From: Verrucomicrobiia bacterium
GTDB lineage: Bacteria; Desulfobacterota; Binatia; UBA9968
NCBI GenBank assembly: GCA_035495775.1
Contig: DATJFG010000050.1
Coordinates: 9,573-73,572 of the forward strand
DNA length: 64,000 nucleotides
Reading direction: 5' to 3'
Each line of letters starts with the position of its first letter. The first letter of the stretch is position 1. Position numbers and translations under genes: made by a program. Positions 1-9,374 of this stretch are shown piece after piece. The notes below the pieces were generated by a model. It saw nothing but the letters and a program-made list of their open reading frames with translations, was not told the origin of the DNA and did no database searches.

Positions 1-623
1 TCGGCATCGACCTTTCCACCCAAGCTCTCGATTTCTTCTTTGTTCGAGGGAACGTTGAGCCATCGCTCGATCATAGGCTCGTCGACCTCAAGGTGGAATT
101 GGAGCGCATAGACGTTGTCGCCGTAGCGAAAAGCCTGCTGCTCGCAGAGCGAAGAAACAGCCAGATGCAGCGCGCCGCGTGGCAGGTTGAACGTGTCGCC
201 GTGCCACTGAAAGATCTTCTCTCTGGCTTCGAAATGGCCGACGAGCGGATCGCCTTCTGCGTGTTTCGTCGGCGCGATGTCGTGCCAGCCGATCTCTTTT
301 TCTTCACTCGGGTAAACTTCCGCTCCTAGAGTTTTCGCGATCAGCTGGGCGCCGAGGCAAATGCCGAGGATCGGCAGGTCTTTTTCCATCGCCTGTTCGA
401 TTAAGCGCATCTCGGTGCTGAGGTGCGGATGCTCAGCGGTGTCGTTGACGCTCATCGGCCCGCCGAGCACAACGAGACCCTGGTAACCGTCGAGGCTCGG
501 TTGGGCGTCGGGATGACGGCCGAAGTTGACATACCGGATGCGAAATCCCGCTCTTTTGAGCAGCGGATTGAGGGTTCCTAAAATCTCATGAGGCACGTGC
601 TGGCAGACGAGCAGTCGCGGCAT
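1..623 (-). CDS. Class I glutamine amidotransferase (GATase1) domain protein, 3' end runs off window
   Basis: Minus-strand translation from ATG at 623 gives MPRLLVCQHVPHEILGTL...GICLGAQLIA...HLEVD, with a conserved Cys-Gly-x-Gln nucleophile elbow and His. Not in supplied ORF track because it leaves the window. Confidence 0.7.
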   Translation of the reverse strand, partial: MPRLLVCQHVPHEILGTLNPLLKRAGFRIRYVNFGRHPDAQPSLDGYQGLVVLGGPMSVNDTAEHPHLSTEMRLIEQAMEKDLPILGICLGAQLIAKTLGAEVYPSEEKEIGWHDIAPTKHAEGDPLVGHFEAREKIFQWHGDTFNLPRGALHLAVSSLCEQQAFRYGDNVYALQFHLEVDEPMIERWLNVPSNKEEIESLGGKVDA

Positions 624-631
624 GGGCGTGG

Positions 632-1951
632 CTATTCCGTTTTCGTCTCGGTCGCGCCTGTGATGCGAATTTGCGTCGAGAGCTCGTACTTGAGCCCATC
701 GATTTCGTAATCCACCTCGCCAAAAAACGCAAGATAGTTTTTCACCGGTACCCCGACCTCGCCAACGATGCGGCCGTCGGAAACCTCCAGCGATCGATCG
801 CGCCATTCCGCGGTCCGGAAATCTTGATTGGCCGCCTCGGCGATCCAGAGCCGCGCCGCGAGCGGCGCCGGCGATGCTTCAATAGTGAGCCGCGCTTTGC
901 CGCCGGTCTGTTCGTGCGTCCAGTGGAGTTCCGGCATCCTCTTGCCGCTCATCTGATGCCGCGAAAAAGCCGCCAGGCCATTGAGGACGCGATTGATGCT
1001 CTGGGAATTGGGACGCAACAAATCGTGTCCGGTGTTCGGCACGTAGAGGATCCACTTGTCCCCGGGCAGCTCTTTCCAATAGACGTTTAATGCATCTGTC
1101 ACCCAATAAAAATCGTTGCTGCCGTTGACGATGAATTTCGGCATTGCAAAACGGCTGCGATAGCTCCACGGGTCGACCATGCTCAACAGCCGCTGTCCCT
1201 CGGCGGTCTGCGGAATCGGCAAAAGGCCGCGCTTGACGTAAGGCGCGAGCCGCTCGCTGTAAGCGCCGAAAGCGTCGATCTGCTTCGGCATCTGCGCCTT
1301 CATATTCAGAGTGTCGATCACCATGGGCGCGACCGCGGCGACTCGCTGATCGCTGGCGGCCGTAAGCCACGTCGTCCAGCCGCGTTTCGATGCGCCGGAT
1401 ACGATGAAGCGCTCGGGGGAATGCTTCCATTCCTGGCTGCCGAATGCCTGCAAGACATCCATCGCCTTCACCACGCTTTTGACCATGGGAAAAAGCAGCG
1501 GCCAATTTTCGTCCTTCGTCTTTAGATAGCGGACGAAGGTCTCGGCGACGAGATCGTCTTCGTAGAGCCTGTCTTCGAGCAGAGGCTGGTTTGGGATGTT
1601 GAACAGAAACCCGACCGGCGCGCCGATCTTCCGCGCGAGCTCCATGCCGATCAGCGCATGCGCCGGACGCGGCGAGCCGCCTGTGATCCACAGGAACATC
1701 GTCGCGTTCGGCGCGGCGTTCGCCGGCTGGTAGACGACGAGCTGATGCTGCCAAGTGATGCCTTGCCATGTTTGCGAGACGAATTGGAGATCATAACTCC
1801 GCCCGCCTGCTTCCTCGTCTTTTGTTTTCAGCGACCAGGCGAACTCCGGCTCGGGCTTTTTTAAATAACCTTCCAGGTCGGCCGCCGCCGGCGCAGGAAT
1901 CCATAGCCAGATGCAAAACACGAAAACAATAAGGGGCCGGGGGAATTGCAT
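632..1951 (-). CDS. PhoPQ-activated pathogenicity-related (PqaA-like) secreted protein
   Basis: 439-aa ORF with N-terminal signal peptide (MQFPRPLIVFVFCIWLWIPAPAAA). Overall resemblance to the PqaA/COG4287 family. Confidence 0.6.
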   Translation of the reverse strand: MQFPRPLIVFVFCIWLWIPAPAAADLEGYLKKPEPEFAWSLKTKDEEAGGRSYDLQFVSQTWQGITWQHQLVVYQPANAAPNATMFLWITGGSPRPAHALIGMELARKIGAPVGFLFNIPNQPLLEDRLYEDDLVAETFVRYLKTKDENWPLLFPMVKSVVKAMDVLQAFGSQEWKHSPERFIVSGASKRGWTTWLTAASDQRVAAVAPMVIDTLNMKAQMPKQIDAFGAYSERLAPYVKRGLLPIPQTAEGQRLLSMVDPWSYRSRFAMPKFIVNGSNDFYWVTDALNVYWKELPGDKWILYVPNTGHDLLRPNSQSINRVLNGLAAFSRHQMSGKRMPELHWTHEQTGGKARLTIEASPAPLAARLWIAEAANQDFRTAEWRDRSLEVSDGRIVGEVGVPVKNYLAFFGEVDYEIDGLKYELSTQIRITGATETKTE

Positions 1952-1993
1952 GATGTTATTTTCTATGACGGTCGAAGATTCTTCAATGCGCTC

Positions 1994-2374
1994 TTAAAGG
2001 ACTTTGAGAATGCGCAGGAGCCAGGCACCGAAGACCAACCAAACCGTGATAATGAATGCGGCGGCGATCCAGTTTGACTTTGCCGACAGCGGAGTGTCAT
2101 TTGCCCGCAGGCGGCATTCCGTTAGGACTTCCGCGGGGATCATTCTCATAACGAAATAGATCCCCAGCGGCACCAGGAGCAGATCGTCGAGATAGCCGAG
2201 GACTGGAATAAAATCAGGAATGAGATCGATCGGGCTGAGAGCGTAGCCAACGACGCCGGCGGCGAGGAGCTTGGCGGGCCATGGGACGCGGGGATCCTTG
2301 CACGCGAGTGCCAGAGCATGGATCTCCCGCTTGAGCTCTCTCGCTCGGGTTTTCCAGCGCTCGAGAAGTTTCAC
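1994..2374 (-). CDS. DUF1232/YkvA-family small membrane protein
   Basis: 126 aa with conserved DLIPDFIPVLGYLDD motif and two TM segments. Confidence 0.6.
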   Translation of the reverse strand: MKLLERWKTRARELKREIHALALACKDPRVPWPAKLLAAGVVGYALSPIDLIPDFIPVLGYLDDLLLVPLGIYFVMRMIPAEVLTECRLRANDTPLSAKSNWIAAAFIITVWLVFGAWLLRILKVL

Positions 2375-2386
2375 GCGAAATTGCGA

Positions 2387-2917
2387 TCAGGCAATGATCT
2401 TATAATCTCCGCCCAGGTAGCTGCGGCAGAGTCCCTGATATGTGGCCGATCCCATCTTGATCCAGTTGAGCGCCTCGCCGCCGATCTCTTTTTTCACCTT
2501 GGCGGGCGTGCCGGCGGCGAGCACGTGCGGCGGGATTTTCGTGTGCGGAACGACGACGCTGCCCGCGGCGATGAGCGATTCTTCACCAATCTCGGTGTTT
2601 TCCAGAATCGTCGCGTTCATGCCGATGATCGCGCCGTGCCGGATGATGCAGCCTTCCATGATCGCGCCGTGACCTACCGTCACGTCATCTTCGATGATCG
2701 TCGGCGCTTCGCCTTGATGGATCACGCAGTTGTCCTGGACGCTCGTGCGCGCGCCGATGACGATAGGATACGCGTTCTGATCCGACCGCAGCACCGCGCC
2801 GAACCAGATGCTCGAGTCATCGCCGATGGTGACGTCGCCGATCAAAACGGCCGTCGGCGCGACAAACGCCCGCGGCGAAATTTTCGGCCTGCGGCCCATG
2901 TATTCGATGATCATCAA
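2387..2917 (-). CDS. Gamma-carbonic anhydrase family (hexapeptide-repeat, YrdA/PaaY-like) protein
   Basis: 176 aa with left-handed beta-helix hexapeptide repeats and conserved His residues (VIGDVTIGDDSSIWFGAVLRSD...). Start could be the internal Met at 2899. Confidence 0.8.
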   Translation of the reverse strand: MMIIEYMGRRPKISPRAFVAPTAVLIGDVTIGDDSSIWFGAVLRSDQNAYPIVIGARTSVQDNCVIHQGEAPTIIEDDVTVGHGAIMEGCIIRHGAIIGMNATILENTEIGEESLIAAGSVVVPHTKIPPHVLAAGTPAKVKKEIGGEALNWIKMGSATYQGLCRSYLGGDYKIIA

Positions 2918-2968
2918 CGAGGCCCTCCGATGAAATTCGTTTCAAGCTATTGGAACGAAGAAGTGAAA

Positions 2969-4201
2969 TCAATGCCGCAGGCCGAACGCGGATGCCGCGG
3001 CGGCGGCGATGTTTTCCCCGATAGCGAGCGAGGCGGTGGCGCCGGGCGAGGGCGCATTCAACACGTGAATGGCGTTGCGGGTCTGTCTGATAACAAAGTC
3101 GTCGAGCAAGGTCCCGTCGGCGGCGACCGCCTGCGCGCGCACACCGGCGCCTCCGGGTTGCAAATCGTCCTCGGTGACTGCAGGCATCAACCGCTGCAGC
3201 GCGCGGGTGAAGGCGCGTTTACTGAGCGAGCGATATTGCTCGTCGAGTCCCATGCGCCAATAGCGGCGCGCGACGGACCGAAAACCCGGAAATGAAAACG
3301 TCTCCCACAAATCGCGAAGATTCACATCGCTCTTGCGATAGCCCTCGCGCGCCAACGCCAGCACCGCGTTCGGCCCCGCCTCGACGTAGCCGTGAATCGA
3401 TCGCGTGAAGTGCACTCCCAGAAACGGAAAGCGCGGATCCGGCACGGGGTAAATGAGCCCTTTGATGAGCGAGCCTTTCTCCGGCGCGATCTTATAGTAC
3501 TCGCCGCGGAATGGAACGATCTGTACGTCGGTCTCCGATGACGGCGCGCTTAGCATTTTGGCGACACGATCGGAGAAAAGCCCCGCGCAGTTGACGAGAA
3601 ACCGGGCGCGGAACTCCTCCCATCCCGTGCCCACGATCAGTTCCCCGCCGTGCTCCGAGATCTTTTTTACCTGCCGCGATGTCAGTATTTCTACGCCGGT
3701 CTCGCGGACTTTTTTCGCGTAGGCTTCGGCGACTTGAACGAAGTCGATGATGCCGGTCGCCGGTGAATAGACCGCGCGCAGACCGCGGGCATGCGGCTCG
3801 ATTTCGCGTAAACGCTCCGGGCCGATCATCTCGAGGCCGGGAACCTGATTCGCGGTTCCGCGTCGATAGAGTTCCTCCAGCCGCGGGAGTTCCTCCTCGT
3901 CGATGGCGACGATGACCTTGCCGCAAAGTTCGTAGCGGATGCCGTTCTGATCGCAGAAATCGAGCAACGCGCGGCGGCCTGAGACGCAGTTTGCGGCTTT
4001 CAATGAGCCGGGCTTGTAGTAGATTCCCCCATGGATGACACCGCTGTTGTGGCCGGTCTGATGCCGCGCGATTTGAGCTTCTTTTTCGAGTATGAGGAGG
4101 CGCAGCTTGGGAAACCGCTCGCCGAGCTTCATCGCCGTGGCCAGACCGACGATGCCGCCGCCGACGATGATGACATCCAATCCGTTGCCGGGCATATCCA
4201 C
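2969..4201 (-). CDS. lhgO: L-2-hydroxyglutarate oxidase (FAD-dependent)
   Basis: 410 aa with N-terminal GxGxxG FAD fold (VIIVGGGIVGLATA). Full-length similarity to the LhgO/YgaF family. Confidence 0.75.
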   Translation of the reverse strand: MDMPGNGLDVIIVGGGIVGLATAMKLGERFPKLRLLILEKEAQIARHQTGHNSGVIHGGIYYKPGSLKAANCVSGRRALLDFCDQNGIRYELCGKVIVAIDEEELPRLEELYRRGTANQVPGLEMIGPERLREIEPHARGLRAVYSPATGIIDFVQVAEAYAKKVRETGVEILTSRQVKKISEHGGELIVGTGWEEFRARFLVNCAGLFSDRVAKMLSAPSSETDVQIVPFRGEYYKIAPEKGSLIKGLIYPVPDPRFPFLGVHFTRSIHGYVEAGPNAVLALAREGYRKSDVNLRDLWETFSFPGFRSVARRYWRMGLDEQYRSLSKRAFTRALQRLMPAVTEDDLQPGGAGVRAQAVAADGTLLDDFVIRQTRNAIHVLNAPSPGATASLAIGENIAAAAASAFGLRH

Positions 4202-4202
4202 C

Positions 4203-5207
4203 TCAATATGTCATTGCGACGACGCCGGCGCCGCGGATCTGTCCCCGTTTTAATTTGGTGAGCGCCGCGTTGATCTCGCCCAAGCCAAAAACCTCGACCT
4301 CCGTCGCGAGCGGAATGTCCGCGGCGAGCGCGAGCAGTTCTTCGGCGTCACGACGCGTGGCATTCGCGACACTCGCGATTTTACGCTCATGGTAAAGCAG
4401 CTTCGGATAGTCGATCGCCGGGATCGGCGTCATCGTAATTCCGGCGAGCGCCACCGTTGCTCCCCGCTCAAGGACGCGCAGCGCGTCGAGGACGAGCGGC
4501 CCGGCGGGCGCGAAGATGATCGCGGCGTCGATTTTTTTTGGCGGGTTTTCTTCCGCTCGACCGACCCATGCGGCGCCGAGATCGCGAGCGAGACGCTGAT
4601 GCTCGGCGCCTCGCGTAAAGACATAAACTTCGCAGTCCCAATAACGCGCGATTTGAATCACGACGTGAGCCGAGGCGCCGAAGCCGTAGAGTCCGAGGCG
4701 GCCGCCACGGCGAATACCGCTGACTTTCATTGAGCGATAGCCGATCACGCCGCCGCAGAGGAGCGGCGCGACCTCGATGTCGGAAAAGCGCTCCGGAAGA
4801 GCATAAACAAACGTCGCGTCGGCGACGGCGAATTCCGCGTAACCGCCGTCGGCATGGAGTCCCGTGAACTCGGCTCGCTCGCAGAGATTCTCGTTTCCTT
4901 GCTGACAGAAAAGGCATTGGCCGCAGCTTCGGCGGAGCCAGGCCGCGCCGACGCGGTGTCCTTCGGCAAAACGCGTAACGCCTTGGCCGAGCGCCTCGAC
5001 GACGCCGGCGATCTGATGCCCCGGAATCGTGGGCAGGCGAGGCAGTTCGAGATCGCCTTCAGCGGTGTGGAGATCGGTATGGCAAATGCCGCAGGCGCCG
5101 ACGCGAATCAGGACTTCGCCGAGTGCAGGACGCGGGTCGGGCAGCCGCACGACTTGGAGAGGCGCGTCTTCAATGGGACGAGGGGCATGGAGTTGCGCCG
5201 CGAGCAT
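4203..5207 (-). CDS. Zinc-dependent alcohol dehydrogenase family oxidoreductase
   Basis: 334 aa with GACGICHTDLH zinc-binding signature. Confidence 0.8.
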   Translation of the reverse strand: MLAAQLHAPRPIEDAPLQVVRLPDPRPALGEVLIRVGACGICHTDLHTAEGDLELPRLPTIPGHQIAGVVEALGQGVTRFAEGHRVGAAWLRRSCGQCLFCQQGNENLCERAEFTGLHADGGYAEFAVADATFVYALPERFSDIEVAPLLCGGVIGYRSMKVSGIRRGGRLGLYGFGASAHVVIQIARYWDCEVYVFTRGAEHQRLARDLGAAWVGRAEENPPKKIDAAIIFAPAGPLVLDALRVLERGATVALAGITMTPIPAIDYPKLLYHERKIASVANATRRDAEELLALAADIPLATEVEVFGLGEINAALTKLKRGQIRGAGVVAMTY

Positions 5208-5224
5208 GCGAGAGCATCGCCGGG

Positions 5225-5845
5225 CTATCGCCTATCGGTCGCCGTTTGAACCTGCTTGTCTTTGAGCTTGCGCAGCAGCTCATCATAAGACTGATTGGCG
5301 ATGACTCGGTTGAACTGGGAACGATAGTTATTGACGAGACTGATGTTTTCGATCACGACGTCGTAAATTTTCCACTCCTTGCCGACGAGACGCAGGCGAT
5401 AGTTGAGCGCATATTCTTCGCCCTTCGCGGTTTGAATCCGGCTCTGCACTTCGGCGTAATCCTGGTCGATGGTCTCTTTTACGTAGACGAACCTCTCGTT
5501 GGTATAGGACTCGATCTGCTCGAGATAGGCCGCTTCGAGCAGATCGGTAAAAAGCCGTGTGAACTCGTCCTGCTGCTGCGGCGTGAGCTTCCTCCAATAT
5601 GAGCCGAGCGAGCGCGCGGCCATTTCGTTGAAGTCAAAGCGCGAGAATATGGCGCGTCTCAGCTGCTCGCGGCGGTCTTTTCTTTTGGCGTCGCTTTTGA
5701 GCGCGGGATTTTTAAGGATTGCGGTAATGCTCTCGACCGTCGCGCGCACCTGATCGGTCGGGAGCCCCGCCGCGGCTTGCCGCGGCGCGTCTAAGAAGAA
5801 CAACACCGCCAGGGCGGCGGCGATGACGGCGTAGTATCGACTCAT
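5225..5845 (-). CDS. mlaC: Phospholipid-binding protein MlaC (Ttg2D/toluene-tolerance family), signal peptide
   Basis: 206 aa with signal peptide, MlaC-family similarity and position downstream of mlaD. Confidence 0.75.
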   Translation of the reverse strand: MSRYYAVIAAALAVLFFLDAPRQAAAGLPTDQVRATVESITAILKNPALKSDAKRKDRREQLRRAIFSRFDFNEMAARSLGSYWRKLTPQQQDEFTRLFTDLLEAAYLEQIESYTNERFVYVKETIDQDYAEVQSRIQTAKGEEYALNYRLRLVGKEWKIYDVVIENISLVNNYRSQFNRVIANQSYDELLRKLKDKQVQTATDRR

Positions 5846-6348
5846 TTTTTATCGCCTTTCTCCTTCTCCGCGGCCTCTTTTTCGCCGTTCTTCTGACCGC
5901 CGCCTTTGAGCAAATCTCCTCCAATTGCTTTGCCGATCAGATCGGTTAAATCCGGGGGCGATTCCGTCTCCCGGATCCGGCTGCCGGGACCCAGGACTTT
6001 ATCCGAGCCGCCGGGAGTCAACAAGAGGAACTTATCGCCGATCAGCCCGCGCGAACGGACTGAGGCGATCGTATCTTCTTGCAGCTTGATGCCTTCGTTA
6101 ATGCGCAGGCCCAACCGTGCGCGGTCGTCGGCCAGCGTAAGGGTCTCGACACGGCCCACTTTAACTCCGGCGATTTCGATCGGATCGCCGGGCTTAATCC
6201 CCGCGACCGACGCGAAGTCGGCGTAGACGATGTAGCCGTTGTTCCCTAAGACCTCAAGCTTCCCGAGCCGTATCGCGAGATAGCCGAGACAGACGATGCC
6301 GATGAGGACGAAGATGCCGACGGTGATTTCCGTGCGCGTATGATTCAC
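5842..6348 (-). CDS. mlaD: Outer-membrane lipid asymmetry protein MlaD (MCE domain)
   Basis: 168 aa with N-terminal TM anchor plus MCE domain. Overlaps mlaC start by 4 bp. Confidence 0.85.
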   Translation of the reverse strand: MNHTRTEITVGIFVLIGIVCLGYLAIRLGKLEVLGNNGYIVYADFASVAGIKPGDPIEIAGVKVGRVETLTLADDRARLGLRINEGIKLQEDTIASVRSRGLIGDKFLLLTPGGSDKVLGPGSRIRETESPPDLTDLIGKAIGGDLLKGGGQKNGEKEAAEKEKGDKK

Positions 6349-6360
6349 AGGCGATTCTCC

Positions 6361-7107
6361 CTACAAGACCTGAATGGGGCCTTCCGTTTCTCCACGGATG
6401 AACTGTTGGACGATGGGATTTTTCGATACCTGAAATTCATTGGAAGGCTTCACCTCTTCGATGACCCCGTTGGCGAGAATCGCCACGTAGTCGGAGATGC
6501 CGAAAACTTGCGGAATCGTGTGGCTGACGACCACACCCGTAAAGCCAAAGGCGCGCTGCGTCCGGGCGATCAACTGGTGAATACTGGCGGCGAGAATCGG
6601 GTCGAGGCCCGTCGTCGGCTCGTCGAAGAGGACGATCTCGGGGTCGGTGACGAGCGCCCGCGCGAGCCCCGCTCGCTTTCTCATCCCGCCGGAGAGCTCC
6701 GCGGGAAATTTGTACCCCATGCCCTCAAGTCCGACCTGATCGAGACGTTCGTCGACCTTCTTCTTGATTTCGGTTTCGTTGAGATCGGTCTTCTCACGAA
6801 GAGGAAAAGCGACGTTGTCGAAAATCGTCATGGAATCGAGCAGCGCCGCGCCCTGAAACAGAACGCCGAAGCGACCGCGCATCTCGTAAAGGTCTTTCTG
6901 ATTCAGCTTCGTAATATCAACCCCATCGATGAGCACCTCGCCGCGATCGGGCAGCAGCAGAGCGTTCAGGTGCTTCAGCAGCACCGTCTTCCCGCAGCCG
7001 CTCGTCCCGACGATCGTCGTAATTTTGCCGGTGACGAATTCGAGATTCACGCCGCGCAAAACGGTCTGCCTGCCAAAGCTCTTATGCAAGTCGACAACGC
7101 GTATCAT
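6361..7107 (-). CDS. mlaF: ABC transporter ATP-binding protein MlaF
   Basis: Walker A GTSGCGKT, ABC signature LSGGMRKR and Walker B. Start chosen at internal ATG (MIRVVDLHKSFG) because the longer track ORF (to 7167) would overlap mlaE by 50 bp. Confidence 0.8.
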   Translation of the reverse strand: MIRVVDLHKSFGRQTVLRGVNLEFVTGKITTIVGTSGCGKTVLLKHLNALLLPDRGEVLIDGVDITKLNQKDLYEMRGRFGVLFQGAALLDSMTIFDNVAFPLREKTDLNETEIKKKVDERLDQVGLEGMGYKFPAELSGGMRKRAGLARALVTDPEIVLFDEPTTGLDPILAASIHQLIARTQRAFGFTGVVVSHTIPQVFGISDYVAILANGVIEEVKPSNEFQVSKNPIVQQFIRGETEGPIQVL

Positions 7108-7117
7108 ATCGAAAGCT

Positions 7118-7939
7118 CTAAAGCATGATCGAAGTGAGAAAATAGTCCCAGACCAGCACCAGGACAAACGAAAGCACGACGGACTCGGTGGTCGCGCGGC
7201 TTACGCCGGTCGCCATAGGCGGCGCGTTAAAGCCCTTATAGCAGCAAACCCAGGTGATGATGAGGCCAAAGCTCAGCGATTTGACAAAACCGCTATAGAC
7301 GTCCTGAAAGACGACGCTGTTCTCCATACCGGCGAAGTAGCTGCCGGAGCTGACGCCGAGAAGGCCGACACCGATCAAATAAGCGCCGAAGATGCCGACG
7401 ACATCGAAGATCGCCGTCAATAGCGGCATGGCGATGAGGCTGGCGATGATTCGCGGGGAGACAAGATACTTGACCGGATTGATCGCCATGGAGTAGAGCG
7501 CGTCGATCTGCTCCGTCGCCCGCATCGTGCCAAGCTCGGCCGCCATCGCCGAGCCGGTTCTTCCGGTGACCATGAAGGCGGCGAGGACCGGACCCAATTC
7601 GCGCAGCAGCCCCAGCGCCGCGGCCGAGCCGAGCCAGCTTTCGGCATTGAATTTTCTAAGGCTATAATAGCCTTGGAATCCCATGACCATACCGGTAAAA
7701 AAGCCTGACAACAGTACAACCGACAGGGAGTCGACGCCGATAGTCTTGAGGTGATAAACCACCAGACGCAGCTTCGCCGGAGGACGAAACGCCAAGCCGA
7801 AGGCAGATAACAGGAAGAGGAAGATCCTTCCCATCTCTGTTAACTGGCGCAGGGTAAAGCTGCCGATTTGACCAAAGAAGAAAAGCATTGGTGAGCGGAT
7901 TAACCTCAGCCTAATATAAAAAAGCAGCCCGATTTGCAA
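7118..7939 (-). CDS. mlaE: ABC transporter permease MlaE
   Basis: Multi-TM permease with MlaE/Ttg2B family similarity. The true start may be the internal Met at 7888. Confidence 0.8.
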   Translation of the reverse strand: MQIGLLFYIRLRLIRSPMLFFFGQIGSFTLRQLTEMGRIFLFLLSAFGLAFRPPAKLRLVVYHLKTIGVDSLSVVLLSGFFTGMVMGFQGYYSLRKFNAESWLGSAAALGLLRELGPVLAAFMVTGRTGSAMAAELGTMRATEQIDALYSMAINPVKYLVSPRIIASLIAMPLLTAIFDVVGIFGAYLIGVGLLGVSSGSYFAGMENSVVFQDVYSGFVKSLSFGLIITWVCCYKGFNAPPMATGVSRATTESVVLSFVLVLVWDYFLTSIML

Positions 7940-7943
7940 GTGT

Positions 7944-8735
7944 ATGCCTAAATCGAAGAGTGGTCCGATGATCGATGAGACCGTGGATACGCTCTTTCAG
8001 GGAAAGCTCTCCGTCATCCAGAGGACATCCGGCTATCGCTTTTCTATCGATGCGCTGCTCCTGGCCCACTTCGTGGAGCCGAGGAAATCCGATCGCGTCA
8101 TCGATCTCGGCGCCGGCAGCGGGGTGATCGCGTTAATGCTCGCCGCGCTCCATCCCGCAATCGAGGTCCTGGGAGTCGAACTCCAAGCGGGGATGGCCGC
8201 TAGAGCACGAAGAAGCGCGGAACTAAACGGCTTGACCGATCGGGTCAAGATATTGGATGGAGATGTCCGCGCCATTGATGGTGCCTTTTCGCCGGCAGAA
8301 TTCGACGTCGTACTCGCCAATCCGCCGTATCGCGCAGCCGCGAGCGGCAGGATGAATCCCGATGCCGAGAAGCGTCTCGCGCGGCACGAAATAGAAGCGA
8401 GCCTCTCGGATTTCGTTCGCGCGGCGGATTATTTGCTCGGACACAGCGGTAAAATCGCCGTCGTCTATCCTGCGACGCGGCTCGTCGATTTGCTTGTGAC
8501 CCTGCGCGAGCACAGACTCGAACCGAAGCGGCTGAGGCTGGTCCACTCATTCGCGGGAGGCGACGCGTCGCTGGCGCTCGTCGAAGGAAGTAAAGAGGGG
8601 CGCTCCGAGGTTAAAATTCTTCCGCCCCTTACGATTTATACTGAAAAAAGAGAATACACGCCTGAGGTCAGCGCTATGTTATCCGGGATGTCTCTGCCGC
8701 GATTTAGTCCCGACGGCGTCGGGCGTGGGCGTTGA
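7944..8735 (+). CDS. tRNA1(Val) (adenine37-N6)-methyltransferase-like (TrmN6/YfiC family) SAM methyltransferase
   Basis: SAM motif VIDLGAGSGVIALMLA and NPPY motif (VLANPPYRAA), typical of N6-adenine methyltransferases. Alternative start at 7968 (MIDETV). Confidence 0.65.
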   Translation: MPKSKSGPMIDETVDTLFQGKLSVIQRTSGYRFSIDALLLAHFVEPRKSDRVIDLGAGSGVIALMLAALHPAIEVLGVELQAGMAARARRSAELNGLTDRVKILDGDVRAIDGAFSPAEFDVVLANPPYRAAASGRMNPDAEKRLARHEIEASLSDFVRAADYLLGHSGKIAVVYPATRLVDLLVTLREHRLEPKRLRLVHSFAGGDASLALVEGSKEGRSEVKILPPLTIYTEKREYTPEVSAMLSGMSLPRFSPDGVGRGR

Positions 8736-9168
8736 AAAGCCTTTGAAACGCTCGGCGGACCTCCGCGTCATGAATGGTGCCGAGCATCTCTTCATCGAGG
8801 TTCGCGGCGGCTTCGGGTACAGCCGCCGGAGATTTTGTCGGATTTTCTATCATCGGCCGGGCGATCTCACCCACATAAAAGAAAATATTTTTCACCACCT
8901 CGCCACCGAGCCGATGATTGAGCTTGTCTGCAATCGTGTCTTTCATATATTGAAGTTGTTGCATCCATACATGGCTTGAAACTTTGACGAACAAGGTTCC
9001 CTGACGGATCTTCTCCGGTTGCGCGTTGCGGGCGATGATGTCGCCGACCATATCGTTCCAAACCGGCCAGACGCTGTATTCCGCCAGTCGGCCAGAAGGA
9101 TCGATTCGCTTGAGGGATTTTTCCAGGACGTTCCCAAGGCGTTCGATGACGGAATCGTGCTTGTCCAT
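8704..9168 (-). CDS. DUF721 domain protein (DciA-like)
   Basis: Conserved DUF721 pattern (W..W..VG..A....P..I..GTLFVKVSS..W.QQL......I...LN). Start set at ATG 9168 with AAGGAAG Shine-Dalgarno. The longer track ORF (to 9348) reads through a poly-A/T palindrome and is rejected. Confidence 0.55.
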   Translation of the reverse strand: MDKHDSVIERLGNVLEKSLKRIDPSGRLAEYSVWPVWNDMVGDIIARNAQPEKIRQGTLFVKVSSHVWMQQLQYMKDTIADKLNHRLGGEVVKNIFFYVGEIARPMIENPTKSPAAVPEAAANLDEEMLGTIHDAEVRRAFQRLFNAHARRRRD

Positions 9169-9310
9169 CGCTGCTTCCTTATAGCAAAATCCTCCTATCC
9201 TAACCAGAAAAAAGCAGTTCGCTAGGCTGTGTAAACTCCGTGCGAGGGCGAAAATCTTAATGAAGTACCGCCATTTCATTCGGAGAACGAATTGCCCACA
9301 ATCTGTCAAG

Positions 9311-9341
9311 GAAAATTTTTTTTTGCCAAAAAAAAATTTTC
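9311..9341. repeat. Perfect 31-bp A/T palindrome (GAAAATTTTTTTTTG-C-CAAAAAAAAATTTTC) in divergent intergenic region
   Basis: Read directly from the sequence. The two 15-nt arms are exact reverse complements around a single centre C (9326), immediately followed by TTGACA. Confidence 0.9.
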
Positions 9342-9374
9342 TTGACAAACGTTATTAAAAATCACATAAGGGCG

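Noticed and set aside
6361-7167. Long version of mlaF starting at 7167
   Set aside because: It would overlap mlaE by 50 bp. The ABC ATPase fold begins at the internal MIRVVDLHKSFG, which is the typical N-terminus for this family.
8704-9348. 214-aa track ORF for the DUF721 gene starting at 9348
   Set aside because: The extension translates the A/T palindrome and promoter region (FFFGKKKF...). The conserved DUF721 domain starts at the internal Met 9168, which has its own Shine-Dalgarno.
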